A DNA stretch of 64,000 nucleotides from Tolypothrix carrinoi HA7290-LM1 (lineage in GTDB: Bacteria > Cyanobacteriota > Cyanobacteriia > Cyanobacteriales > Nostocaceae), in contig JAHHIK010000011.1 of assembly GCA_019358935.1 (NCBI GenBank), positions 32,001 to 96,000 of the forward strand. The letters run 5' to 3'. The notes beneath the pieces were generated by a model. That model was given only the letters and a program-made list of their open reading frames with translations, was not told the origin of the DNA and searched no databases. The stretch's first letter is position 1. Every line of letters starts with the position of its first letter. The position numbers and the translations under genes are program-made. This document shows, piece by piece, positions 1 to 9,376 of this stretch.

Positions 1-1070
1 TAGGCGTAGGACGCATAGCCACCCTCAGCGGTCGCTATTACGCAATGGATCGCGATCGCCGCTGGGATCGAGTCAAACGCGCCTATGATGTCATGACACA
101 AGATGGCGCGGGTGACGGTCGCTCTTCTGTGGAAGTCATACAAGCATCTTACGCCGAAGGTGTTACCGACGAATTCATTTTACCGATACGCATTGCTCCA
201 GGTGCAGTAGCTGAAGGCGATGGAGTGATATTCTTTAACTTCCGCCCCGATCGCGCCAGACAATTGACGCAAGCTTTTGTCAATCCTCATTTTACCGGCT
301 TTGAAAGACAGCAAATCACCCCGCTGTCGTTTGCTACCTTTACTCAATACGACCCAGAATTAGCAGTAGATGTAGCTTTTGAACCTCAGAATCTCAGTAA
401 TATTCTGGGGGAAGTAATTGCCAATCATGATTTAAAGCAGTTTCGCACCTCCGAAACCGAAAAATACGCTCACGTCACCTACTTCTTCAACGGTGGTTTG
501 GAAGAACCTTTTCCCGGAGAAGACCGGGAACTGGTCAGCAGTCCAATGGTAGCGACCTACGACAAAGCGCCGGCGATGTCAGCAGCACCATTAACAGAGG
601 TAGCGATCGCCGCCATCGAAAAGAAAATTTACTCCTTAGTTGTAATTAATTATGCCAACCCAGACATGGTAGGGCATACTGGTCAAATAGACGCTACGAT
701 TAAAGCACTGGAAACCGTTGACCGATGTTTGGGACGCCTTCTAGAGAGCATCGGCAAAGCCGGAGGTACAGCAATTATTACCGCCGACCACGGCAACGCC
801 GAGCATATGCTAGATGATGCGGGCAATCCTTGGACAGCTCACACCACCAATCCAGTCCCCTTAATTCTGCTAGAAGGAGAAGGCGCAAAAATCCCCGGAC
901 ACGGTACAAATGTCAGCTTGCGAAGCGATGGCAAGCTAGCCGATATTGCCCCCACAATTCTGGAGATTTTACAGCTGCCGATTCCACCAGAAATGACAGG
1001 GCGATCGCTACTCCAAAATGCTGAGTATGAAGTGCAATTTAAACGCACTCCCGCACCAGTTGGACTGTAA
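1..1070 (+). CDS. gpmI: 2,3-bisphosphoglycerate-independent phosphoglycerate mutase (5' end outside window)
   Basis: Motifs GRYYAMDRDRRW, NFRPDRARQ, ETEKYAHVT, ANPDMVGH, TADHGNAE, TAHT; frame open from the window edge. Confidence 0.97.
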   Translation, partial: GVGRIATLSGRYYAMDRDRRWDRVKRAYDVMTQDGAGDGRSSVEVIQASYAEGVTDEFILPIRIAPGAVAEGDGVIFFNFRPDRARQLTQAFVNPHFTGFERQQITPLSFATFTQYDPELAVDVAFEPQNLSNILGEVIANHDLKQFRTSETEKYAHVTYFFNGGLEEPFPGEDRELVSSPMVATYDKAPAMSAAPLTEVAIAAIEKKIYSLVVINYANPDMVGHTGQIDATIKALETVDRCLGRLLESIGKAGGTAIITADHGNAEHMLDDAGNPWTAHTTNPVPLILLEGEGAKIPGHGTNVSLRSDGKLADIAPTILEILQLPIPPEMTGRSLLQNAEYEVQFKRTPAPVGL

Positions 1071-1140
1071 AAAAGTTAGTCCTTCATGAGTGATGAGTTA
1101 AGAATTAATAATTTTTCGCTCCTCTTAACTCTGTACTTTC

Positions 1141-1169
1141 GTACAGACGTTCCACCGGAACGTCTCTAC
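1141..1169. repeat. GTAG-type REP-like palindrome (GTAGAGACGTTCC..GAACGTCTCTAC family)
   Basis: Imperfect palindrome; further copies at 2335-2364, 48001-48030, 49201-49230, 51083-51112, 52672-52743. Confidence 0.85.
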
Positions 1170-1218
1170 CTACTCCTAACTCCTAACTCCGCTCCTCCTA
1201 ATTCATTAAATTCCTACC

Positions 1219-1452
1219 ATGACCGTTACTAATATCGTGCAAGGCATCTGGGCATTTTCTGCCGTTGGTTTGATTGTTTTAGTATTGCTGCATAGTCCGA
1301 AAGGCGATGGCGTTGCTGCCATTGGCGGACAAGCTCAATTGTTTAGCAGCACCAAAAGTGCAGAAACCACACTCAACCGAGTTACCTGGACACTTACGGT
1401 AATTTTCCTCGGCTTAACCGTAGTTTTAAGCGCTGGTTGGCTGCCTAAGTAA
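1219..1452 (+). CDS. secG: preprotein translocase subunit SecG
   Basis: 77 aa, two TM segments, VLLHSPKGDG..IGGQAQLF motif; gpmI-secG synteny. Confidence 0.95.
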   Translation: MTVTNIVQGIWAFSAVGLIVLVLLHSPKGDGVAAIGGQAQLFSSTKSAETTLNRVTWTLTVIFLGLTVVLSAGWLPK

Positions 1453-1453
1453 G

Positions 1454-1502
1454 GATGGGGAGATGGGGAGATGGGGAGATGGGGAGATGGGGAGATGGGG
1501 AG
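1454..1502. repeat. short tandem repeat (GATGGGGA)6
   Basis: Six 8-nt units directly after the secG stop. Confidence 0.95.
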
Positions 1503-2318
1503 AACAACCCAACGCCTAAAACCCAAATAAATATAATTTTCCGACGTTTAATTACAGTTTTTGCCTTAGCTATTGGCACAGGGCTGTTAGTCATTTTTAC
1601 TAACTTCCAAAACAACGCCACCCTTGCACAAAATGGCATCTGGACACAAACACCGAAAGATGCATCAGACTTAAGAAAAATTCCCCCCCTCTCCCTTTCC
1701 CCCATTCTCCCTCTCCCCCCCACTTCCCCAAGACCTCATCCCTTACCGCCGACGCTGCTACAGTGGAAAGACAGCACCAACAGCGGTGATTACTTTTCTG
1801 AAGTTAAATTGACTGAAGTCGGTTATTTAGTTTGGTCACAGCTTCCCATTCGCATTTACGTAGAAACACCGAAAGAAATTAGCAGCGAACAGGCTCAAGC
1901 ATGGGTTAATACTGTTGTGCAAGCAGTGCAAGAGTGGAGTGTTTATTTACCCTTGGAGGTAGTAGAAAAACCGGAAGTTGCTAATATTACAATTGTGCGA
2001 AAAGCCCCACCTCTTCAGAAGTCGCCTAATAGCAACATTCCGCGTGCGCGATCGGCACAAACTACTTACGAGTTATACACAAATAACAAAGTTTTATCTC
2101 ACCGCTTCAGTATTTTGCTGAGTCCTACCCAGACTGGTAATTATCTTACCGCAGCCGCCCGCCACGAATTCGGTCACGCGCTGGGAATTTGGGGTCATAG
2201 TCCGATGCCAAGTGATGCTTTATACTTTTCGCAAGTTCGCAATCCGCCGCCCATTTCTGCTAGAGATGTGAATACTTTGAAGCGCGTTTACGAACAGCCC
2301 ACTAGTTTGGGATGGTAA
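1455..2318 (+). CDS. matrixin/M10-like zinc metallopeptidase (start uncertain: 1455 or 1479)
   Basis: HEFGHALGIWGHS zinc-binding motif, N-terminal hydrophobic segment. Confidence 0.85.
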   Translation: MGRWGDGEMGRWGDGENNPTPKTQINIIFRRLITVFALAIGTGLLVIFTNFQNNATLAQNGIWTQTPKDASDLRKIPPLSLSPILPLPPTSPRPHPLPPTLLQWKDSTNSGDYFSEVKLTEVGYLVWSQLPIRIYVETPKEISSEQAQAWVNTVVQAVQEWSVYLPLEVVEKPEVANITIVRKAPPLQKSPNSNIPRARSAQTTYELYTNNKVLSHRFSILLSPTQTGNYLTAAARHEFGHALGIWGHSPMPSDALYFSQVRNPPPISARDVNTLKRVYEQPTSLGW

Positions 2319-2334
2319 TTATAGCATTTTTATC

Positions 2335-2364
2335 GTAGAGACGTTCCACACCGAACGTCTCTAC
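2335..2364. repeat. GTAG-type REP-like palindrome
   Basis: gtagagacgttccacaccgaacgtctctac between convergent genes. Confidence 0.85.
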
Positions 2365-2418
2365 AATAGGGTAAAAATTTTCAATTCATACTCTTATTCA
2401 GCAACGCCAAATTTATAA

Positions 2419-3555
2419 TTAAAATTTACCTTGCAAAATCGCCTGAAAACGCTTATTTTTTCGTAAACTATCTAAATCTGTATCGGTTTTTGCAGTAGGT
2501 AAATATCTGGTAGGATTCATCTTAATGGCTTGGGCGATGTGATTCACAGCCAAAGTTGTCTTTTTTTGACATGCATAACAGTAACCTTTGTTATATATGC
2601 CGTTTACGTGGTCGGGTTTAATTTGTAGAGAACGGTCAATGCTAGCGTGAGCTTCGCTAAGTTTACCAAGTTTGGCGAGGGCATAACCGCGATTATCCCA
2701 CGCTTCATAGTTGTTTGGATCGGCTTCAATTGCTTTGTCGTAAGATGCGATCGCTTCTTTGCTTTTTCCTAGCCGTCGCAACGTAATACCCCGATTATTC
2801 CATGCATGAGTATCCTGGGGGTCAATTTCAGTCGCTCGATTGTAGCAAATTAATGCTTCTTCATCTTGCTGAAGCTGACCGAGCATATTTCCTTTATTAT
2901 TTAAAGCAGGCGCATATTTTGGGTCTATTTCCAGTGCTTTATCAAAGCTAGAAATCGCTTCTTCTGGCTTTTCCCAACTCATAAAAGCACAGCCACGATT
3001 GAACCACACAGTCGGATCGTCAGGCTGAATGCTAATTGCTTGATCGTAACTGCGAATCGCTGCTTTGAAGCGTTTCAAACTGACCAACGCATTACCCCGG
3101 TTGGTAAAAGATTTATAATAGCTGGGGTTAAATTCGAGCGATCGCTCATAGGCATTCAGCGCTTCTGTATGTCGTCCTAATAACGTTAAAGAGTTACCTT
3201 TAGAATCCCAAGCTGCGTAATCATACGGATACAATAAAAGCAGTTGATCGTAACTTTCTAATGCTTCTTTATGTTTGTCCCATTCAGCCAAAGCCAAACT
3301 GCGATTGTATAAGGCAGTATGGTCTTTGGGATTCAGGGCAAGAGCGCGATTAAAATCCTCAATGGACTCCGCGTAACGCTTTAAGTGTCCAAAAACCAAT
3401 GCGCGACAGCACCAAGCATCAGTATAGTTTGGGTCAAGCTTGAGTGCTGCACTTAAAGGAGCGATCGCTGCGGCAAACTCCCGTGCTTCAAACAGTCGAA
3501 CGCCTTCTTCAAATAAAGTTGTGGCGGTTGCCTGTGTCTCGTCGTTCATAGGCAT
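2419..3555 (-). CDS. tetratricopeptide repeat protein
   Basis: About nine 34-aa TPR units (W.NRG..L..LG...EA...YD.A). Confidence 0.92.
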   Translation of the reverse strand: MPMNDETQATATTLFEEGVRLFEAREFAAAIAPLSAALKLDPNYTDAWCCRALVFGHLKRYAESIEDFNRALALNPKDHTALYNRSLALAEWDKHKEALESYDQLLLLYPYDYAAWDSKGNSLTLLGRHTEALNAYERSLEFNPSYYKSFTNRGNALVSLKRFKAAIRSYDQAISIQPDDPTVWFNRGCAFMSWEKPEEAISSFDKALEIDPKYAPALNNKGNMLGQLQQDEEALICYNRATEIDPQDTHAWNNRGITLRRLGKSKEAIASYDKAIEADPNNYEAWDNRGYALAKLGKLSEAHASIDRSLQIKPDHVNGIYNKGYCYACQKKTTLAVNHIAQAIKMNPTRYLPTAKTDTDLDSLRKNKRFQAILQGKF

Positions 3556-3642
3556 CGACTCTGTTAAATACCTATAATATTACCGTACTGCAAGCGATGT
3601 ACGATAAGCACAGATGTGCGACAGAGATACATTAAATATTTA

Positions 3643-4264
3643 TTAATAAAATTTTGGGTAAAGACCTTTTCGACTTAAGACTTTGATAGCACGACTGACT
3701 AATTTTATATTTGGATGAGTCAGCAGTTGCTGAAGATAGGGAATAGCTTCAGAAATTTCAGATAAGGGTTTTGCACAATCTGTACAATGTAAAAGGCGTT
3801 CTGGCTCACGCTGCAACATCTCAATAATTAGACTTTGGTATATTTGTTGCGAACATTCTGTTGCAACGCTGGCTAAGAGAATGTCAGCTTCTCTATAAGC
3901 TGGTGCCCATGTGACAATTACAAAAGGTTGGGTTAGTTGATAGGCTTTTACTTCTTTTGTTGAACATTGGTTCAGCCACAGTTTGCGTCTGCGCTGAAGT
4001 AAACTTGGTAGATCGTCACGCTCACCAAGATCAAGTGTTATTAAAAGCTTTTCAACTTTTGATGGAATAGCAGTAATTAGTTCAAATCCAAGAACAGTTG
4101 CTGCCAAAAGCTTATCATCATGGGAAGGGATAGCAATACGGTCACTAACTTTTATGCTTCGGTGAAAGCAGCTTACCAATCAAAAAAGTCCAGTGACGGT
4201 AATAAGATTCACCTGGATGGCGATGTATCTGGTGAGCAGATATGATTTCAAATGCAAAAGTCAT
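3643..4264 (-). pseudogene. hypothetical gene, probably frameshifted (ATG at 4264; downstream frame 3643-4179)
   Basis: ATG-initiated MTFAFEII..GKLLSP frame stops after about 39 aa while the adjacent frame continues SIKVSDRIAIP..; total length is 3n+1. Confidence 0.4.
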
Positions 4265-4313
4265 AAAAGCGCGATCGCTCGTTAACTAACCTTTGGTCGG
4301 TACTTATTAACAG

Positions 4314-4344
4314 GTAAGGTGCGTTAACGTGTAACGCACCCTAC
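4314..4344. repeat. GTAG-like REP palindrome
   Basis: gtaaggtgcgttaacgtgtaacgcaccctac. Confidence 0.65.
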
Positions 4345-4375
4345 CGATTTCAACCGGATTTTGTGCTAGTACTTT

Positions 4376-5341
4376 TTACACGCGACGTAGGTTCATGAGT
4401 TCTTCGGGAGATGCTAGCATATCGATCGCCACAAAGAAAATCTTACCTTGGGGATTGATTAAGAACCGCCAAGCAATATTCATACCCACGGTGACGCCAA
4501 ACCAAGGTGTTTGTACCACACCTGTGATTTTCAGTTGCTTAGAACCATCTGGTAGAACTTCGCTGATACCTTGCTTTGGCATCATATTTAGTCCTTGGGC
4601 TTCTTCGCGCATGTATTTAGCGATCGCCTCATGACCGACTATCGGCTTCTGGAATGGGGGTTGCAGCGCACCGTCGGGAGTAAATAAAGCGATCGCCGCA
4701 TCAAATTTATCTGCGTTCATCGCTTCAATGTAACCCAATACAGCAGGCTCTGTGATACCCTCAATCTTGACTGAAGTAACAGGAGGAGCGCTACGTTTAA
4801 ACGCAGGTTCCGCAGCAGGTTTGGAACTACTTGGACCAAGAGCAGATGTATCGAATCCCATATCTACTACAGTGTTACGCAGTACGGTAATTTGCTGACC
4901 TGCATCAAGCTTCTTGGTCGCTTCTAACACTACTTGCACACCAGGAGACATTTGATAACCGCTGGGAATCGGAGCCACAACCCCTTGTTTCATCAACTCG
5001 CCTAACTCGTACCAAAAAGCCAGCTTGGTGTTTACACTGAAGAAACCATAAGAACGGCTGATTGGAGTGTCAGCACGGCTAGCAAGTTCCCGCATGACTT
5101 GGGTTTGCTCTTCTTTAGACATCTGCTTAATTTGGGTGAGCAAACCTTCCGCTAATTGCAAGCGTGCTACTCCAGGAGCTGCGGGAGTAATTGTCTTACC
5201 CATTTCCGTGTAAGCATACCACAGATAAGCCAGTTGATCGTCAACGCCTAGTTGATCGAATAGCGCTATGGTAGCTGGAATTGGGCTAGGAACTTGAGTG
5301 TTAGAGAAAATATTTTGAGCGGACTCGATACTTAAAGCCAT
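4376..5341 (-). CDS. ocp: orange carotenoid protein (N-terminal carotenoid domain + NTF2-like C-terminal domain), possibly OCPx/OCP3 clade
   Basis: LWYAYTEMGKTITPAAPG, NTKLAFWYEL, LQPPFQKPIVG, VQTPWFG..VGMNIAWRF motifs; likely start MALSIESAQ at 5341. Confidence 0.95.
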   Translation of the reverse strand: MALSIESAQNIFSNTQVPSPIPATIALFDQLGVDDQLAYLWYAYTEMGKTITPAAPGVARLQLAEGLLTQIKQMSKEEQTQVMRELASRADTPISRSYGFFSVNTKLAFWYELGELMKQGVVAPIPSGYQMSPGVQVVLEATKKLDAGQQITVLRNTVVDMGFDTSALGPSSSKPAAEPAFKRSAPPVTSVKIEGITEPAVLGYIEAMNADKFDAAIALFTPDGALQPPFQKPIVGHEAIAKYMREEAQGLNMMPKQGISEVLPDGSKQLKITGVVQTPWFGVTVGMNIAWRFLINPQGKIFFVAIDMLASPEELMNLRRV

Positions 5342-5550
5342 GTTCGCAATCTCCAATTTGTTTTTGTTAATTAGCTGATAAGCATTCATTCAAAAAAAGC
5401 GAATCTTCTTTTCTGAGAGAGTGGCAATAAACGCGCGTCAACTCCAATCGAGACTTTTAGCGTCCTAAAAGCCAGACAGAAAAAATTATCACCCTTGCAG
5501 GTGTTCTATTTTTTACGTGGTTAATCAAGCCAATCGAGAGACTGGCTGAC

Positions 5551-5593
5551 AAGCTTTGGTTAAATAACGCTCGTTGCGGTTTAACCAAAGCTT
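5551..5593. promoter_or_regulatory. 14-bp perfect inverted repeat upstream of ocp
   Basis: AAGCTTTGGTTAAA-N15-TTTAACCAAAGCTT. Confidence 0.5.
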
Positions 5594-5994
5594 TTCAACA
5601 ACGTAACTGCTCACAGTCACCAAGGTTTCCTCAAGGGAGGTTTGGTCACGTAAGTAAGTTTATCAAAGTTAATAAACTTTTGTAAAGTTTTTTTACGAAT
5701 TAGTTACAAAATTTGCTTATCGCTCATATTACATATGTAATGTATAGGTTTTACTGAACTGACCAAGGTGGATGAGGCGTTACTTTTCGACATGCATCGC
5801 GATCGCCTACATATATAGTCAAAATATTCCGATAGTCTTTAAAGTATTAAGTGTGAACGCTATGAGCGTCTCCTCCAAAGAGGATAAAGTATAAAATTTT
5901 CATGAGAGCATCCTTTGTGTCTTTAGTTTTAAGCTTTCGTTCGGCGCAAGTAGAAGGTAACTAGGAGATAAAGCGATCGCATAATTGAAAAACT

Positions 5995-7683
5995 ATGACA
6001 ATTCTAATTACAGGGGCAACTGGAACCATTGGCGGTGAAATCGTCAAACAGCTGGCAGCGAAAAACTTGCCGATACGTGCCTTTGTCCGCAACCCTAGTA
6101 AAGCAGCTCGGTTAAAGCAGCTAGGTGTGGAAATTGCCCAAGGTGATTTTTTGCATCAAGATACCCTTGAAGCGGCATTACAAGGGATAGAAAAGGCATT
6201 CCTCGTTACAGCAAACGATCCGCGTCAAGTGGAGATGGAATCAAATTTTATTGATGCGGCTCAAAAAGCAGGTGTGCAGCACATTGTCAAGCTTTCGGTG
6301 CTGGCTGCAAACCAAAATTCATCCAGCACCTTTCAAAGATGGCATGGGCAAATAGAGAAACACTTAGAAAAATCTGGTATCGCTTGGACGCATCTGCAAC
6401 CAAATATGTTGATGCAGAATATCAAGTGGTTTGCCAAAACCATCGCCGAACAAAGTTCTATTTTTTCAACCGTGGGAGATGCCAAAATCTCTCATGTTGA
6501 TGCCAAAGATGTTGCAGCAGTAGCGGCAGTATGTTTATCCGAGTCCGGGCACGAAAATAAGAGTTACGTTCTTACTGGAGCGGAGGCGATCGCATTTAAC
6601 CAAGTCGCAGACAAACTAGCGAAAACACTGAACCGTCCTGTGACTTTTGTCAATGTCACAGCAGCCCAACTCAAACAAGCAAGGCTAGCAGGAGGTGAAC
6701 CAGAATGGTATTTAGATGCAGAAAATGAGTTATTTGCTTTGTGGGCGTCGGGTACGGGTTCGCCGGTTACGAGTGACATTTTTGATATCACCAAACAATC
6801 CCCAACTTCATTTGATGAGTTTGCGCGGGATTTGGCAAGCGAAAAAGCTTTGGACTTTTTCAATGTCGAACGAGTTGCAGACGGTTTTACCTTTGGAGAA
6901 GGACCAGTTTACGATCAAAAGCAAAGCTGTTTGCTGTTCTGCGATACCCAAGGTGATACTATTTACAAGCTTATCGCAGACAACATAGAAGTGTTTCGCC
7001 GTCCTGCTGGATATCCTAGTGGTTTAGCGTTCGATCCGCAAGGGCGTTTGGTTGTTTGCGAAAATGCAGAACGTCGAGTTACTCGTACAGAAAAAGATGG
7101 GCAAATTGTCACACTTGCTGACAAATTTTCAGGCAAGCGTCTCAACAGTCCCAACGACTTAGTAATTCGCAGTGATGGTACAATTTATTTTAGCGATCCG
7201 CCCTACGGTTTGCCGGAAATGTCGCAAGGTAAAGAACTTGATTTCAACGGCGTTTACAAAATTTCGCCTGACGGGGAACTTTCTCTTTTAATTGCGGATA
7301 TTCAACTGCCCAACGGTATGGTTTTCTCACCGGATGAGCGTTTTCTTTATGTCAATGATACTCAAGCACGCATCATTCACCGCTTTGATGTCAACTTTGA
7401 TGGCACGTTGACAGGCAAATGCATTTTTGCCCAAATGACAGGCGATGCGAATGATTGGGGCGCAGACGGTATTACAGTAGACGCAGAAGGAAGCATTTAT
7501 TCTGTTGGACCTGGTGGAGTTTGGGTTTACTCTGCAAATGGCGAGTTGAAAGACCGCATTTACACCCCGGAAGTAGTTACCAACGTTGCTTGGGGCGATC
7601 GCGATTACAAAACTCTTTATCTGACTGGCATTAGCAGCCTTTACCGCATTCACCGTCCAGTCGGTGGTGTAACACCAAAGTAA
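5995..7683 (+). CDS. NmrA-like NAD(P)-binding oxidoreductase fused to SMP-30/gluconolactonase domain
   Basis: N-terminal ILITGATGTIG Rossmann motif; C-terminal GEGPV, NSPNDL, PNG, ADG beta-propeller motifs. Confidence 0.88.
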   Translation: MTILITGATGTIGGEIVKQLAAKNLPIRAFVRNPSKAARLKQLGVEIAQGDFLHQDTLEAALQGIEKAFLVTANDPRQVEMESNFIDAAQKAGVQHIVKLSVLAANQNSSSTFQRWHGQIEKHLEKSGIAWTHLQPNMLMQNIKWFAKTIAEQSSIFSTVGDAKISHVDAKDVAAVAAVCLSESGHENKSYVLTGAEAIAFNQVADKLAKTLNRPVTFVNVTAAQLKQARLAGGEPEWYLDAENELFALWASGTGSPVTSDIFDITKQSPTSFDEFARDLASEKALDFFNVERVADGFTFGEGPVYDQKQSCLLFCDTQGDTIYKLIADNIEVFRRPAGYPSGLAFDPQGRLVVCENAERRVTRTEKDGQIVTLADKFSGKRLNSPNDLVIRSDGTIYFSDPPYGLPEMSQGKELDFNGVYKISPDGELSLLIADIQLPNGMVFSPDERFLYVNDTQARIIHRFDVNFDGTLTGKCIFAQMTGDANDWGADGITVDAEGSIYSVGPGGVWVYSANGELKDRIYTPEVVTNVAWGDRDYKTLYLTGISSLYRIHRPVGGVTPK

Positions 7684-7729
7684 AAGGCAATCATGTGAGG
7701 ATTTCGGGAGAGAGTATTAAATTTTGAAT

Positions 7730-7848
7730 TCCCCTTGTCCCCTTGTCTCCTTGTCCTCCTTGTCCTCCTTGTCCCCCTTGTCCCCTTGTCCCCTTGTCTT
7801 TTTGTCCTCCTTGTCCTCCTTGTCCCCCTTGTCCCCTTGTCCCCTTGT
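7730..7848. repeat. short tandem repeat tract (TCCCCTTG/TCCTCCTTG variants)
   Basis: Visible tandem 7-9-mers between convergent genes. Confidence 0.95.
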
Positions 7849-7851
7849 CGT

Positions 7852-9000
7852 CTAAGCTCCGCGACTAAATTGCACGCGGGGCTGTATTAATACATTAGTA
7901 TAAAGTTCTTCCAGTCGAGTAATATTATTACTGAGGGTGTATCGCTCTAGTACTCGCTTTCTGGCTTTTTGTCCTAACAGTGTTGTTAATTCCGGATGGT
8001 CTTGGAAGAGTGGCAAAAAAGTTTTTAATTGCGATCGCACTGTTTTAGTATTAAGAATCACACCTGCACCCTTGGACAATACTTCGCCATCTGCGCCGAC
8101 ATCTGTGGCTAAACACGCGCTTCCCACTGCCATTGCTTCTAACAAAGACAGCGAAAGTCCCTCTACTAATGAAGGTAAAATAAATACATCTGCACCGCGT
8201 AAAATTTCGATGCGCCGATTTTCGTTGGCAATAAACCCTAACCAACTTACGCCATATTCGGAACCATAAAAGGTTTCTAAAGAAGATTTCAATGGACCAT
8301 CACCGACAATCAGCAATTTACTATCAAAGCGCATTTGGGCTTGTTTCCAAGCGCGGAGGAGGGCTTCGACGTTTTTTTCTGGAGCGATGCGACCTTGATA
8401 AACAAACAAGCGTTCTGCTTTAAATTCTGCTTTGATTTTAGAAGTTCCCGGACAATACTTGGCAGTATCCACACCGTTGGGAATTACGGCAATATTTTCT
8501 TCTGGCACACCCATACGTGCTAGTAATTCTCGCTGAATTTGAGAAAATACAATCACGCGATCGTAGTTACCCAAAAAAGGCGCATAAAGTTGATACGCCA
8601 AAAGTTGTGTTCCTGATATCAGTTTTGCCCCTTTGCCAGCAAACGGTGTGTGAAAAGTGGCAACTAAGGGCAAATTCAGTTCTTCACAGATTTCTGGCAG
8701 AACAAAGTCAAGCGGAGATAAAGTCAAAGAAGCATGAACTACATCCGGCTTGATACGTTTTAACGACTGAGTTAAAACCTTGGTCGCTTTAAAAGTCGGA
8801 ATTGTGTAAACCTGGGACTTGTAAATGAAGGGTAGCGGAACCTCTGGGCAATTGGGCCAGCTGTCGGCTTGAGATTCTTCTTGGGCGAAGTGAAGGAAAC
8901 TAACTTGATGTCCCCTGTCTAGCAAGGCATTTGTGATTTCCCGACTGTAGGTGACATTGCCGCAAAAGGGTGATTTTTTTCCAATCCAGGCTATACGCAT
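7852..9000 (-). CDS. glycosyltransferase family 4
   Basis: PNGVD, GRIAPEKN, PSLVEGLSLSLLEAMA motifs. Confidence 0.93.
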   Translation of the reverse strand: MRIAWIGKKSPFCGNVTYSREITNALLDRGHQVSFLHFAQEESQADSWPNCPEVPLPFIYKSQVYTIPTFKATKVLTQSLKRIKPDVVHASLTLSPLDFVLPEICEELNLPLVATFHTPFAGKGAKLISGTQLLAYQLYAPFLGNYDRVIVFSQIQRELLARMGVPEENIAVIPNGVDTAKYCPGTSKIKAEFKAERLFVYQGRIAPEKNVEALLRAWKQAQMRFDSKLLIVGDGPLKSSLETFYGSEYGVSWLGFIANENRRIEILRGADVFILPSLVEGLSLSLLEAMAVGSACLATDVGADGEVLSKGAGVILNTKTVRSQLKTFLPLFQDHPELTTLLGQKARKRVLERYTLSNNITRLEELYTNVLIQPRVQFSRGA

Positions 9001-9376
9001 TCTTTATTAGCTATCAGGAAAGCGGGTTTGATCTATCAGCTAAATGTCCTTTCTTTTTCGTGTTTTGTGCTGTTGTACTTGCTAGGTTTTTACTTATTAG
9101 AAAATCCCGCGATTACCCAATTCCCAGCGCAAAATTTGACGTTGCTCTACGAAAGTGCATTTTATGGATTTTTTACTTTACTTTTAAGTTGCTAATTCCT
9201 AATAAGTTCATAACAACTTACATAGATGCGATGTATCGCCTCTAGTTAATGTCAGGTTTATTCCCAGCAAGTACCTGATAAATCATTATTGACTTCAGTT
9301 TAGCACGAAAACAAAAGCTTTCAGTAAATAATTGATAATGCCAGAAGAGTGAATAATAACTCCTTTTTTTTGATAA

